Positions 29,528-40,227 of a DNA stretch of 64,000 nucleotides are shown one piece after another. The DNA lies in contig OZ244960.1 in the NCBI GenBank assembly GCA_965222605.1, positions 3,840,001 to 3,904,000 of the forward strand, given 5' to 3'. The position numbers were made by a program, and so were the translations under genes. The notes below the pieces were generated by a model. That model was not told the origin of the DNA. It saw nothing but the letters and a program-made list of their open reading frames with translations, and ran no database searches. Within the stretch, counting starts at the first letter, position 1, and every line of letters starts with the position of its first letter. This DNA comes from Candidatus Latescibacterota bacterium (GTDB lineage: Bacteria > Latescibacterota > UBA2968).

Positions 29528-29929
29528 ATGTTTCGCCTCTATCTCGCGGCTGTCTGCGGTATTTTGATGGCTTGTCAGAATCCGCCAGAACAGAAAGCCG
29601 AACCCCCTCAGCGACCTCAGTTTGCTGCGGCAGATATTGAAAAAGGTAAGGCTCTTTACAAGAAATACGGGTGCGCGGTTTGCCATGGTCGCAACGGCCA
29701 TGGCAATGGTCAGATCGCGCGTACTCTCAATCCAAGGCCCCGCGATTTTCACGATCCCAAGGTTTATAAATACGGGCGTTCGGTTGAGGCTGTTTCGCGT
29801 ACGATCCTCAAAGGCACGCTCAATGAACGGGGTATGGGTATGCCCGGGTATCCCCAAATCTCCGAAGAAGAACGCGGGATTATCTCCATTTTTATTGTTT
29901 CGCTACAGGATCAGGATGTTCGGGATTAA
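29528..29929 (+). CDS. Monoheme cytochrome c lipoprotein
   Basis: Lipobox LMAC, CAVCH heme motif, distal GMP. Confidence 0.88.
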   Translation: MFRLYLAAVCGILMACQNPPEQKAEPPQRPQFAAADIEKGKALYKKYGCAVCHGRNGHGNGQIARTLNPRPRDFHDPKVYKYGRSVEAVSRTILKGTLNERGMGMPGYPQISEEERGIISIFIVSLQDQDVRD

Positions 29930-29932
29930 AGG

Positions 29933-30481
29933 ATGTTCAGGATAAAAGATTGGGCAGGAAGGTTCGTACGAGTTGGTGCTTCTTCAGCGCATGCGCAAGC
30001 ACAACGACTCTGGTTTGCACCTGTAGTGTACCCATCTGTGTTCATCTGTGTTCATCTGTGGTTGCTTTTGGGGATGGGATGCAGTGATCGGGATATTTCT
30101 TCGGTTACCGTCAAAAATGCATGGGTGCGGCAGAATATTCCGCCACAGACGATGACGGCGGCTTATTTGTTTATTCACAATCGCGGTGCTGCGACTGCGC
30201 TTATTTCTGCTTCTACACCTGCGGCTGAGGTTGCCGAGATTCACGTTATGACGACTGATGGAAATATTATGCGTATGAAAAAAATTGACCGTTTGCCGAT
30301 TCCGGAAAATGGTTCGGCGACTTTGCAACCCGGCGGCAACCATCTTATGATCATTGGTCTCAGACGCGATTTGGCTCCGGGCGATTCCCTCGCGCTTACG
30401 CTCACTTTTGCAAATGGTCAGGTGCAGACGCTTCGGGCACCTGTTGTTTCGATTCAGGATGAAGGATTACAGCGCAGATGA
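29933..30481 (+). CDS. Copper chaperone PCu(A)C (start uncertain)
   Basis: AWVR, EIH(x)..MRM, LQPGGNHLM. Confidence 0.88.
   Translation: MFRIKDWAGRFVRVGASSAHAQAQRLWFAPVVYPSVFICVHLWLLLGMGCSDRDISSVTVKNAWVRQNIPPQTMTAAYLFIHNRGAATALISASTPAAEVAEIHVMTTDGNIMRMKKIDRLPIPENGSATLQPGGNHLMIIGLRRDLAPGDSLALTLTFANGQVQTLRAPVVSIQDEGLQRR
30033..30063 (+). repeat. 10-bp tandem repeat (CATCTGTGTT x about 3)
   Basis: catctgtgtt catctgtgtt catctgtggtt. Confidence 0.85.
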
Positions 30482-31071
30482 ATGCGATCTGTAGTATAGG
30501 TTTGGCCGCTTTGCTGTTGCTATTTATGGCCTGTAAACCGCTTGAGCGCACGCCGAAATCCGATCCCGATCTTACCCTTTCTGCCGAACCCTATCCTTTT
30601 GGCGGCGATTTGACGCTTGTTGATCACGATGGCAATCCATTCCATTTGGCCGATCAACGGCGTCCATTTCTTCTCTTTTTTGGCTATGCGAGTTGTCCCG
30701 ATGCGTGTCCTCAAACTATGGCGCGGCTTGCCAGTGCTTATACGATTTTAGGCGAAGATGCACGCGCTCTCGGGACGCTTTTTGTCAGTGTTGATCCCGG
30801 GCGCGATTCACCACAAATGCTCAAATCTTATTTGTCGCATTTTGAGGTGCCGGCCATTGGTCTTACAGGGGTGCAGGATAGCATTGATGCGGTGGTCAAA
30901 CGCTATGCCGCTCATTATGAAATCGGCGAGCGGAATTCCGCGGCGGGGTATCTTATCGACCATTCCCTCTATACTTATCTCATTGACCAGAACGGCGATT
31001 TGCGTTTCTTTTTTCGCCCGTCTCATACCGCCGAAGAAATCGCAACTGTGGTTCGTCAATTGTCCAGGTAG
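30478..31071 (+). CDS. SCO1/SenC copper chaperone
   Basis: FFGYASCPDACP (CxxxC), VSVDP.RD, IDHS. Confidence 0.93.
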   Translation: MNAICSIGLAALLLLFMACKPLERTPKSDPDLTLSAEPYPFGGDLTLVDHDGNPFHLADQRRPFLLFFGYASCPDACPQTMARLASAYTILGEDARALGTLFVSVDPGRDSPQMLKSYLSHFEVPAIGLTGVQDSIDAVVKRYAAHYEIGERNSAAGYLIDHSLYTYLIDQNGDLRFFFRPSHTAEEIATVVRQLSR

Positions 31072-31118
31072 ATTTTGAACTTAGACTCTGAGGAATCAGG
31101 AATTAAGAGAAGCGAATA

Positions 31119-32267
31119 ATGACTGACACAATAAAATCGGCTGACTACGCTGCTTGGCTGAACGGGCTGAAGTCGCGCATTCAATCGGCACACCTCAGCG
31201 CGGCACGCTCAATCAATCGCGAGATGATCCTGCTGTATTGGGACATTGGACACGGGATTGTGGAAAAGCAGGCAGAATTGGGCTGGGGCGACTCGGTCAT
31301 TGAACGACTCGCTTCGGATCTGAGCAAAGTTTTTCCTTCGATTCGGGGTTTTTCTAAACAGAATATATGGAGAATGAAGCAACTTTATTCGATCTACTCC
31401 TCACCTGAATTTCTCTCACAGGTTGTGAGAGAATTAGAACACGGTTCAACATGGCAAGAGATTGTTGCGGAATTGCCGGCTATACAACGTGCGCCGAAAA
31501 ATGTCTCACAGGCTGTGAGAGAACTGGTCGCAGCGGTTCCGTGGGGACATCATGCGAACGTATTGGCAAAGATAAAGGACCATGCTGAGCGCCTATACTA
31601 CCTCCGTGCCACTGTGAAGTTCGGCTGGACAAGAAATGTATTGATGAATCAGGTCAAGGCCGGTGCTTACGAGCGGTCCTTGGCGGAAGGTAAGTCGCAC
31701 AACTTTCCTGCCGCATTGCCTGAACATTTGGTCAAGCAGGCAGAGGAGGTGCTCAAAAGCTCTTATAATCTCGAATTTTTGGGGATTTCACGCGAAGTAA
31801 AAGAGCGCGAACTTGAAGGCCAGCTTATCGAAAAACTACAGGATTTCATCCTTGAATTGGGATACGGTTTCTGTTTTGTAGGAAGACAGTATCGCGTGGT
31901 ATTGGGTAGCAAGGAGTATTTCATTGATCTGCTCTTTTATCACCGATTTCTCAAGTCGCTGGTCGCTTTCGAACTGAAAGTTGGGGCATTCAAGCCGGAA
32001 TATGCCGGTAAGATGGATTTTTATCTGAATCTGCTCAACGAAAAAGAGCGTGCCACAGACGACAATCCTTCCATCGGCATCATACTGTGCGCGGACAAGG
32101 ACAATCTGGAAGTAGAGTTCGCTCTGAAGAGCAAAACCAATCCCATCGGCGTGGCGGAATACCAGGTGCAATCGACTTTGCCGAGAGAATTGAAAGGCAA
32201 GCTCCCAACGTCCGAGCAACTGAGCGCGGCCCTGCATCTACCGATAAAAGAGAAGCATAGAAGGTAG
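31119..32267 (+). CDS. YhcG/DUF1016 PD-(D/E)XK nuclease family protein
   Basis: LYWDIG, GFS..N...M, FILELGYGFCFVGRQ, IDLLFYHR, ELK. Confidence 0.92.
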   Translation: MTDTIKSADYAAWLNGLKSRIQSAHLSAARSINREMILLYWDIGHGIVEKQAELGWGDSVIERLASDLSKVFPSIRGFSKQNIWRMKQLYSIYSSPEFLSQVVRELEHGSTWQEIVAELPAIQRAPKNVSQAVRELVAAVPWGHHANVLAKIKDHAERLYYLRATVKFGWTRNVLMNQVKAGAYERSLAEGKSHNFPAALPEHLVKQAEEVLKSSYNLEFLGISREVKERELEGQLIEKLQDFILELGYGFCFVGRQYRVVLGSKEYFIDLLFYHRFLKSLVAFELKVGAFKPEYAGKMDFYLNLLNEKERATDDNPSIGIILCADKDNLEVEFALKSKTNPIGVAEYQVQSTLPRELKGKLPTSEQLSAALHLPIKEKHRR

Positions 32268-32298
32268 CTCATGCCGGAACCAACAAGAGGAGAAGACC

Positions 32299-33320
32299 AT
32301 GTCAGAACAATCAGAGGAGAAGAAGATCGCTTGGTTCAACAGGGCTAAACCGTGGGGCAAGGACGCGTTCAAGATATTTAAGAAGGCCAGTCGTGTGTTT
32401 ATAGGTTATCCCTAAAAAAAAAGTGGGGTGAAGTGTGATCCCCACGCGCTTCGCTCTTATCTCGTTGATCCAACCTGTTCCGATGATGAATGGGAGTACT
32501 ACAAACCAAGTGGGCGAAAAGGGGGGATGCTAGGAACCGTAATTTCATTCGCTACGTAACGAAGGGATCAATTGTCGTCATCCCTCGCCCGGAGGAAGGT
32601 GCTATTTATGTTGGTCGCATCAACGGCCCGTTCAAGATTGTCGATTCATCGGACTGGGGAGAGGACTATCTAAGACTTCGGGAATGCCAAAAGCTTGAGC
32701 GAAAAGATGAGCACATTGCAGAGGTAGCACAAGGCTGGCTGGTAGATGGATATAGGCGTTTCCCTCTGTCTGTTGTTCCGGGATGGATGCGTCGTTCAAT
32801 GTTTGGTCGGTCAACTTTTGGTAAATTCGAAGATTACCACCCGATTGACACGAACACGACGTCTTGGGGCGTGCTCAATCAAATCCTCAAAGGCCAGTAC
32901 AAGGTTCCGACATGGTGGACGCTTGATCTTGAGGAAATCAAGCGTCGTCTCGTTGATACGATGACCGCGAACGCGTTTGAACATCTCGTTGTATTATTGC
33001 TTCAGATCGAGCACCGGAACGAAATCTGGCACCAGACCGGTGGTCCTGGCGATGGCGGAATTGACGGGCTCGGAAGCAATGAGAACGGCGATGTTGTCGG
33101 TCTGATGCAGGCGAAACTTTACTGTTCATCACCCTTGAACTTGGGTAATCTAGGCCACCAAAGATCACTGCGACGCTACGCGGCGATTCTTATTCCGGAA
33201 AAACCAAGGCTGCCGACCGATGGAACGGAGCTTCTGGACTTGGAATGGATTGCGGGTGCAGTGCACCGCCACTGGCGAACGCTGCCGCAGGCACGCGCCA
33301 TGCGCATTGGGGAAGAGTAA
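32299..33320 (+). pseudogene. Mrr-like (type IV) restriction endonuclease disrupted by an in-frame TAA and a frameshift
   Basis: ATG 32299 after GAGGAG; TAA at 32413; frame switch near 32517-32526; C-terminal AFEHLV...GGPGDGGIDG...MQAK Mrr catalytic motif. Confidence 0.7.
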
Positions 33321-33433
33321 AGTTCTATGTTGGACAAGGGTGCGACGACTCGAGAGAAGGCATTTCGCTCAAACAGTTTATCGATGCTGGCAATGGTCGA
33401 GAGAGCGTCGGCGATTGAGAATTGAGAGGAGCC

Positions 33434-34426
33434 ATGATTCCAACAGAAATCAAACGGGCACATATTTTGGATGCTCTACAGCGCATCAGCCGAGAGGGCG
33501 TTCCTCCGCGGAGGATTAGCCGAGGGTATTGTCTGGTAAAAGCTGGGCATCACTTTCCTCCGAAGTACACCATTGCCTTGGCTCATGAAATAGCTACTGG
33601 ACAGATTCTGTCCTCAAATGAGTTTTCAGGTGGCTCCGAGTCCAACAGCTTTCTCAAAGCCCGCGGCTTTGATGTGGTTGAATGCAATTGCGGCTGTAGC
33701 CTTCCGTTTGGCCCAATCACGTCCCCGTCTGGCCCGTCCGTAAAGAAAATACCTAAGAATCCATCCACACGTCATTCTGAGCGGTGTCCAGAATGCAAGA
33801 TACGTGTCCGCGAACTCCTGGAGCGTATATATGGGACCTGCCTGCAGAACCACAGGTTTTCTTGGTCAGCACACCTCTCTTTTTACGCAGGAACCTCCAT
33901 TTTCCCTACTCTACGGAAAGTGGCGACGGCTCTGGAATCATACCGGGGCTTCGATTTTGAAGATTTCGTAAGGGCCAAAACGGTGAGACCCTGTGACTTC
34001 TGGGTCCCCGACCCCGGTTTCATTGTGGAGTTCGATGAGAGCCAACATTTTACAAGCCCACGGAAGTTGGTGCTTTCTGCATACCCTGATGATCATCCTA
34101 TAGGATTCTCCAGAGATCGTTGGATTGCCCTTTGTGGGAAGCACAATGCCAGGGATAACGATCCCCCTTACCGAGACGAGCAGCGGGCATGGTATGATAC
34201 GCTGAGAGACCTTCTCCCCTCACTTGAAGGACTTCAGCCAACTGTGAGAATATACGCCTCCGATTACGCCTGGTGTTCACTTGACCCCGATAGCAGTAAC
34301 GACTTGCTACAGTTCTTGGAATACCTGGATGAACTGGAAGAGAAATACTTGGCCTTACATCGCTTAGAGAAGCCCGGCAAGCGTTGGACCTTAGACGAGA
34401 TGGAGCAAGGTTGGGACAAAGTATGA
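33434..34426 (+). CDS. Putative nuclease: ScoMcrA/McrB-like N-terminal domain plus PD-(D/E)XK-like domain, with an antitoxin-like C-terminal tail
   Basis: HFPPKYTIALA...FSGG.ESN.FL..RGF; CDF...FIVEFDESQHF; tail LEYLDELEEKYLALHRLEKPGKRWTLDEMEQG. Confidence 0.55.
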   Translation: MIPTEIKRAHILDALQRISREGVPPRRISRGYCLVKAGHHFPPKYTIALAHEIATGQILSSNEFSGGSESNSFLKARGFDVVECNCGCSLPFGPITSPSGPSVKKIPKNPSTRHSERCPECKIRVRELLERIYGTCLQNHRFSWSAHLSFYAGTSIFPTLRKVATALESYRGFDFEDFVRAKTVRPCDFWVPDPGFIVEFDESQHFTSPRKLVLSAYPDDHPIGFSRDRWIALCGKHNARDNDPPYRDEQRAWYDTLRDLLPSLEGLQPTVRIYASDYAWCSLDPDSSNDLLQFLEYLDELEEKYLALHRLEKPGKRWTLDEMEQGWDKV

Positions 34427-35544
34427 CGCGAGATGATCTTAATGCGCCTCCCACAGAGGGGATCAAATACGCCGGGTCTAAGTTGAGACTTCTTCCGCAT
34501 ATCCTGCAACTAATAAAAAAAGTTGGTGCAAAAACGGTTTTGGATGGGTTCTCGGGCACGACGAGGGTATCGCAGGCACTCGCACAGCTAGGCTACACGG
34601 TCGTTTGCAATGATATTGCGGTTTGGTCGAAGGTTTTTGGGATGTGCTATTTGCTGAATAAAAAGAGGCGAGAGGATTACCAACTGCTTATTGAGCACCT
34701 CAATGCGGTTCCGCCTGTGGATGGGTGGTTTACGGAGTACTATGGGGGTCAGCCCAATAATGGCTGTGCGATACAGAGAGATGGACGCAAGAAGCCGTGG
34801 CAAATACACAATACCCGTAAATTGGATGCGATTCGGGAGGAGATCGACGCGCTTAAGCTCGATCCCGTCGATGAGGCTGTGGCACTCACAAGTCTGATTT
34901 TAGCTCTGGATCGTGTCGATAGCAGCTTGGGGCATTATGTCTCTTATCTCAAGGACTGGTCGCCTCGTTCTTATAAAGAACTCGTGCTGAAGGTGCCGAA
35001 TATTTTTCGATCATCGGGGGAACATCAGGTATTTCAAAGGGATATTTTTGATCTCGTTCCTCAGATATCTGTTGATCTGGCGTATTTCGATCCTCCTTAT
35101 GGATCAAATAACGAGAAGATGCCGCCATCGCGCGTGCGATACGCTTCGTATTACCATGTGTGGACGAGTGTGATCCGCGCCGATAAACCAGCCCTTTTCG
35201 GGAAGGTCAATCGCCGCAGGGATACGTCGGATACTGTGGCGGCATCTGTGTTTGAGGAATTTCGGCGGGGTGAGGGGGGGCGCTTTATCGCTGTTGAGGC
35301 GATTGAGAATCTGATCGCGGCGACGCGAGCGCGGTGGATTATCCTGTCGTACAGTTCTGGCGGGCGGGCGACTGCCAGGGCGTTGAACGATGTGATGCGG
35401 CGCAATGGCAAGCTGATAGATGTGGTCGCGCTCAATTACAAGAAGAATGTGATGGCGGGGATGAAGTGGACGAATGAATGGTTGAGAGATGCAGAGCAAT
35501 CAAATCGGGAGTTTTTGTTTTTACTCGAGAAGAAGGTAGCCTGA
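34423..35544 (+). CDS. N6-adenine DNA methyltransferase (Dam/D12/FokI-like)
   Basis: IKYAGSK, DGFSGT (motif I), YFDPPY (motif IV), ILSYS. Confidence 0.9.
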   Translation: MTRDDLNAPPTEGIKYAGSKLRLLPHILQLIKKVGAKTVLDGFSGTTRVSQALAQLGYTVVCNDIAVWSKVFGMCYLLNKKRREDYQLLIEHLNAVPPVDGWFTEYYGGQPNNGCAIQRDGRKKPWQIHNTRKLDAIREEIDALKLDPVDEAVALTSLILALDRVDSSLGHYVSYLKDWSPRSYKELVLKVPNIFRSSGEHQVFQRDIFDLVPQISVDLAYFDPPYGSNNEKMPPSRVRYASYYHVWTSVIRADKPALFGKVNRRRDTSDTVAASVFEEFRRGEGGRFIAVEAIENLIAATRARWIILSYSSGGRATARALNDVMRRNGKLIDVVALNYKKNVMAGMKWTNEWLRDAEQSNREFLFLLEKKVA

Positions 35545-35552
35545 CAAATACT

Positions 35553-36299
35553 ATGTCTCCAATTCTCTTTGAATACGGGCCGATTCGCATCGGCGTTTAC
35601 GGTGTTATGCTCGCGGTTGGTTTGCTTTGTGCGTCGTGGGTGCTCAAACGCGGGTTCCGTCGTCGTGGTCTTGATCCCACGCTGTCAGACCGCATTGCGT
35701 TTGCCGCTGTGATTGGCGGTATTGTGGGCAGTAAAATTTTTCACGTTTTCGAGTATCCCCACGCTTTTGTCGCCGATCCTTTTGGTACGATTTTTTCCTC
35801 TGTGGGTTGGGCCTGGTATGGGGGTTTTTTAGGCGGGGCTGTGACTGTGCTTTTCTGGCTTCGCCGTTATAACGCGCTCGATTGGCCCGCCCTGGATGCC
35901 ATTGCGCCGGCTCTTGTGGTGGGGTACTTTTTTGGGCGAGGGGGATGTGAGCTTTCGGGCGATGGATGCTATGGTATTGCCACGGATTTGCCCTGGGGCA
36001 TGGCTTATCCCAATGGTCTTGTGCCCACGCTCGATTTTGTGCATCCGACGCCGATTTACGAGATGATTCAGATGGTTTGTATTTTCGGGATTTTGTTGGC
36101 TCTGCGCGATCGTCTCAGACCTGGTAGGGTTTTTGGCCTTTATCTCGTTTTGATGGCTGTTGCCCGCTTTTTTGTCGAGTTTGTGCGTCTCACGCCCGAG
36201 GTTTTTATGGGTCTCACGGTGCATCAGTGGGTCAGCATTGGTCTCGTGGTTACAGGGATTTATCTCATCAATCTGCGTCGAAGAAGGCCTCAGAATTGA
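35553..36299 (+). CDS. lgt: Prolipoprotein diacylglyceryl transferase
   Basis: [28 protein letters not shown]. Confidence 0.9.
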   Translation: MSPILFEYGPIRIGVYGVMLAVGLLCASWVLKRGFRRRGLDPTLSDRIAFAAVIGGIVGSKIFHVFEYPHAFVADPFGTIFSSVGWAWYGGFLGGAVTVLFWLRRYNALDWPALDAIAPALVVGYFFGRGGCELSGDGCYGIATDLPWGMAYPNGLVPTLDFVHPTPIYEMIQMVCIFGILLALRDRLRPGRVFGLYLVLMAVARFFVEFVRLTPEVFMGLTVHQWVSIGLVVTGIYLINLRRRRPQN

Positions 36300-36333
36300 C
36301 AAAACTGTGGTCCCGATTTATTTTCTAACTCAC

Positions 36334-37833
36334 ATGGATATTCGATTTTACAATACGCTGACGAATCGCGAAGAAGTTTTTGAGCCGCTCGATCCTCCGA
36401 ATGTGGCGATGTATTCCTGTGGTCCAACGGTGTACGATTTTGCCCATATCGGCAATTTCAAGACTTTTTTGTTTTCCGATGTGCTCCGTCGCTTTCTCGA
36501 TTTGGTCGGTTATAATGTTACCCATGTGATGAATATTACCGATGTGGGACACATGACGGATGACGATGTGGCCGATGCGACTGGCGAAGACAAAATCGCG
36601 GTGGCTGCGCGCAAGCTCAAAGAGGCCAAAAAATTGGGCACGTTGCCCGATGATGCGGTTTTCAATCCCGATGATCCATATCAGGTGGCGCAATATTTTA
36701 CGGATGCATTTGTCGAAGATGCGCGTTTGCTGGATATTAAAGTGGCGCACGATTATCCGCGCAATATGCCGCGTCCCACGGAACATATCGACGCCATGCA
36801 GGTGATGATTCAGAAGCTTTTGGACAAAGGCCACGCCTATATTGCCGATGATGGTGTCGTTTATTTTAGTGTTGAATCTTTTCCCGAATACGGTCGTCTG
36901 TCGGGCAATGATCTCGAACAACTTATCGCGGGTTCGGGTGGGCGCGTGCTTGAAGAACACCAGGCGATCAAGCGCAATCCCGCTGATTTCTTTTTGTGGA
37001 AACCCGATCCGTCTCATATTATGAAATGGCCTTCTCCATGGGGTGAGGGGTATCCCGGCTGGCACATCGAATGCTCGGCCATGGCGATGAAAATGCTACG
37101 GCGCGAGGTTATTGATATTCACACTGGGGGCGAGGATAATATTTTTCCGCACCACGAATGCGAGATTGCACAATCGCGTTGTGCGACGGGGCATTCTCAT
37201 TTTGCCAGGTACTGGATTCACTCGCGCTATCTTATAGCCGAAGGCGAGAAGATGTCCAAGAGCAAGGGCAATTTTTTCACCGCGCGCGATGTGCTCGAAG
37301 GCAAGATAACCGGTCGTCCTGTTCATCCTTCGGTTTTGCGTTACGAACTCATCAAGACGCATTATCGCACGCAGACCAATTTTACGCAAAAAGGTCTTCA
37401 AGATTCGGCCAGTGCCGTGCAAAAATTTCACGAGTTTGGGCAAGGACTCGCTCAGGCGGCGAATGGCAGTGCGACGGAAGTCGGCAACGATCATCCCGTT
37501 ATTGCCGATTTTCTCAGTGCTCTGTCCAGTGATCTCAATATTAGTGCAGCACTTGCTGTGGTGCATAACTGGATGGGGCAAGAGGTAGATGACCCGTCCG
37601 AAGCGCTGGATGTGTTTGACAAGATCAATAGTGTGCTCGGCATTGCGGATGTCAATTCGTCTGAATCATCGGATGAGACAGATATCGGCGAAGCGATCTG
37701 CAAACAGATTGACGAGGCCCGAGCATCCAAAGATTACGATACTGCTGATCGTCTGCGTCAGGAACTCATTGACGCGGGGTACGAGGTTCGCACTACGCCG
37801 GAGGGGACGGTTGCAGTGAAGAAGTTGGCGTAG
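36334..37833 (+). CDS. cysS: Cysteine--tRNA ligase
   Basis: [35 protein letters not shown]. Confidence 0.97.
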   Translation: MDIRFYNTLTNREEVFEPLDPPNVAMYSCGPTVYDFAHIGNFKTFLFSDVLRRFLDLVGYNVTHVMNITDVGHMTDDDVADATGEDKIAVAARKLKEAKKLGTLPDDAVFNPDDPYQVAQYFTDAFVEDARLLDIKVAHDYPRNMPRPTEHIDAMQVMIQKLLDKGHAYIADDGVVYFSVESFPEYGRLSGNDLEQLIAGSGGRVLEEHQAIKRNPADFFLWKPDPSHIMKWPSPWGEGYPGWHIECSAMAMKMLRREVIDIHTGGEDNIFPHHECEIAQSRCATGHSHFARYWIHSRYLIAEGEKMSKSKGNFFTARDVLEGKITGRPVHPSVLRYELIKTHYRTQTNFTQKGLQDSASAVQKFHEFGQGLAQAANGSATEVGNDHPVIADFLSALSSDLNISAALAVVHNWMGQEVDDPSEALDVFDKINSVLGIADVNSSESSDETDIGEAICKQIDEARASKDYDTADRLRQELIDAGYEVRTTPEGTVAVKKLA

Positions 37834-37843
37834 AAGAAGGTGG

Positions 37844-38824
37844 ATGACTTTTATGACTTTTCCCATTACCCGCATGCGCCGTTTGCGCGGGAGCGAGACC
37901 ACGCGCCGAATGGTGCGTGAGAATCACCTGCGCGTTGACGATTTGATTATGCCTCTGTTTGTGTGTCCGGGCAGAGGCGTAAAAAAAGAAATTGGGTCTA
38001 TGCCGGGCAATCATCAGATGTCGATAGATGTCGCGGTTGAAGCATGCAAGGAAATTGCCGATTTGGGTATTCCCGCGGTGATTCTTTTTGGTATTCCCGA
38101 TCACAAGGATGCGCGAGGCAGTGGGGCTTATTGCGATGATGGCATTATTCAGCGTGCGATATCTGCGATTAAAGAACATGCGCCTGATCTTTATGTGATT
38201 ACGGATGTGTGTTTGTGCGAATATACGGACCACGGGCATTGTGGTGTTATTGTGGATAACGATGTGCATAATGATGAGACGGTCGATTTGCTTGTCAAAG
38301 AGTCCCTTTCCCATGTGCGCGCGGGTGCAGATATGGTCGCGCCTTCTGATATGATGGATGGCCGTGTTGGAGCTATTCGCTCTGCTCTGGATGCCCAGGG
38401 GTTTGATCGCATACCGATTATGGCATATTCGGCCAAATACTGCTCGGGGTTTTACGGTCCATTCCGCGAAGCGGCAGAATCCGCGCCACAATTTGGCGAT
38501 CGCCGGTCCTATCAGATGGATCCGGCAAATGGCGACGAGGCCATGCGCGAAGTGGCTCTGGATATCGAGGAGGGCGCAGATATTGTTATGATCAAACCCG
38601 CGTTGCCCTATCTGGATATTATTTACCGGGTCAAATCAGAGTTTGGCGTGCCGGTTGCCGCGTACAATGTCAGCGGCGAGTTTGCGATGCTCAAAGCTGC
38701 TTTCGCAAATGGATGGCTGGATGAAGATCGGGTGCGAGACGAGGTTCTGGTGAGTATTAAACGCGCGGGCGCAGATCTTATTCTGACCTACTTTGCGCGC
38801 GATATTGCGCGGGTGTTGAGGTGA
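37844..38824 (+). CDS. hemB: Porphobilinogen synthase (ALA dehydratase), Zn-binding Cys type
   Basis: [38 protein letters not shown]. Confidence 0.97.
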   Translation: MTFMTFPITRMRRLRGSETTRRMVRENHLRVDDLIMPLFVCPGRGVKKEIGSMPGNHQMSIDVAVEACKEIADLGIPAVILFGIPDHKDARGSGAYCDDGIIQRAISAIKEHAPDLYVITDVCLCEYTDHGHCGVIVDNDVHNDETVDLLVKESLSHVRAGADMVAPSDMMDGRVGAIRSALDAQGFDRIPIMAYSAKYCSGFYGPFREAAESAPQFGDRRSYQMDPANGDEAMREVALDIEEGADIVMIKPALPYLDIIYRVKSEFGVPVAAYNVSGEFAMLKAAFANGWLDEDRVRDEVLVSIKRAGADLILTYFARDIARVLR

Positions 38825-38833
38825 GAGGTTTTT

Positions 38834-39253
38834 ATGGATATTACGATTGATCGCATTATGCAAAATTTTGATATTCTCACAGATTGGGAAGATCGCTACC
38901 GGTATATTATTGAACTCGGTCGCAAATTGCCGTCTTTTGATGAGAAATACAAAGTTGATACCAATCTCGTGCAGGGGTGTGTGAGCCAGGTGTGGCTCAT
39001 AACCGATGTTCGAGATGGCGAGCCTCCTGTGATCGAATTTCGCGCAGATAGCGATGCCCAGATTGTCAAGGGTCTGGTCGCTATTTTGTTGTCGCTATAT
39101 TCCGGTAAGAGCGCTCGAGAAATTCTCACGGCTGATATTCGCAGCATTTTTCAAAAGCTCGAGCTCGCCAGGCACCTCAGTATCAACCGCGCCAATGGCT
39201 TTGCCTCTATGGTCAAGCGCATTCACGAACTCGCGCTTGCCACAGCGGCATAG
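38834..39253 (+). CDS. sufE: SufE family sulfur-transfer protein
   Basis: DWEDRYRYIIELG, VQGCVSQVW, DSDAQIVKG, R.NG. Confidence 0.92.
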   Translation: MDITIDRIMQNFDILTDWEDRYRYIIELGRKLPSFDEKYKVDTNLVQGCVSQVWLITDVRDGEPPVIEFRADSDAQIVKGLVAILLSLYSGKSAREILTADIRSIFQKLELARHLSINRANGFASMVKRIHELALATAA

Positions 39254-39266
39254 GGTGAGGAATAAT

Positions 39267-39310
39267 AAAAAGGGCCTTTGAGAGAGAAACTCATAGGCCC
39301 TTTTTTTTTT
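39267..39310. terminator. Intrinsic bidirectional terminator
   Basis: AAAAAGGGCCT-TGAG...CTCA-AGGCCC followed by T10. Confidence 0.85.
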
Positions 39311-39324
39311 GAAACTATATGTTG

Positions 39325-40170
39325 TTAGACTATCAACGCGTTTTCCGCTTCTTTGCGGTGTGTCAATAGCGGACCGCGCACACCGCGCTCAATTTTGGCA
39401 TAAGCATCGTGGTTGTGGATACTTTCATAATTGTTGCTCGATACGTAAAACCACGAGATGCGCTCTTCGTCCATCATGGATAGCAAATCTGTCGCCACAT
39501 CGCGCACAATGTCTTCGACAAATTTGGGGTTGTTATATGCGCGTTCGGTTACGTATTTTTCATCTGTTCGTTTCAGAATGGGATAGAGTTGACACGACGC
39601 ATGGTATTCGCCGATGTCGATCAAATCTTCAAACCAGATGAATTCATCCTCATAAGGCCGCACGTCCATTGTGATTTCAGAACGTTGATTGTGTGCGCCG
39701 TAATCGCTGATTTCTTTGCTACACGGGCAGAGGCTTGCCACGTTGGCACGCACGCCGATCAGCTTGTCTTGCATGCCCTCATTTGTCAACATTGCCTTAA
39801 ATTCACAGTTGTAGTCCAGCATGCCTTCAATGCCTGTGATAGGTGCTTTGCGCGATAAAAAAATGGGAAATGCCATGCTCATAAACGCTTCTTCAGCTTC
39901 TAATAATTCGAGCATTTCTTTGAGTACGATGTGTACGCTATCAGGTGTAAAGTGTTTGTGTTGCTCATTCAGGGCAATCATAAACCGCGACATGTGGGTG
40001 CCTTTTTGGTGGTGGGGCAAGCTCACGGTCATGGATAGATTGGCCACTGTGTGAAATTCACCATTATCGCGTAGCGGCAAGGTCAAAGGATAGCGCACGT
40101 TGGATACACCGACCTGGTCGATTTCAATGCCGCGTTTGTCATGTGAATTTTGTATGTCTGGTAGAGTCAT
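39325..40170 (-). CDS. folE2: GTP cyclohydrolase I type IB (FolE2)
   Basis: IDQVGV, KGTHMSR, SLCPCSK, GAHNQR, LKRTDEK, NPKFVED, ESIHNH. Confidence 0.95.
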   Translation of the reverse strand: MTLPDIQNSHDKRGIEIDQVGVSNVRYPLTLPLRDNGEFHTVANLSMTVSLPHHQKGTHMSRFMIALNEQHKHFTPDSVHIVLKEMLELLEAEEAFMSMAFPIFLSRKAPITGIEGMLDYNCEFKAMLTNEGMQDKLIGVRANVASLCPCSKEISDYGAHNQRSEITMDVRPYEDEFIWFEDLIDIGEYHASCQLYPILKRTDEKYVTERAYNNPKFVEDIVRDVATDLLSMMDEERISWFYVSSNNYESIHNHDAYAKIERGVRGPLLTHRKEAENALIV

Positions 40171-40227
40171 TCTGTTCTCCGTGGCGGAATTTTCAAAAGT
40201 TCCGCCTAATATACCGTAAAATGCAAA

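Noticed and set aside
32413-32415. Stop-codon recoding (Sec/Pyl) in the Mrr-like gene
   Set aside because: The stop is TAA, not TGA or TAG, and a second frameshift lesion follows
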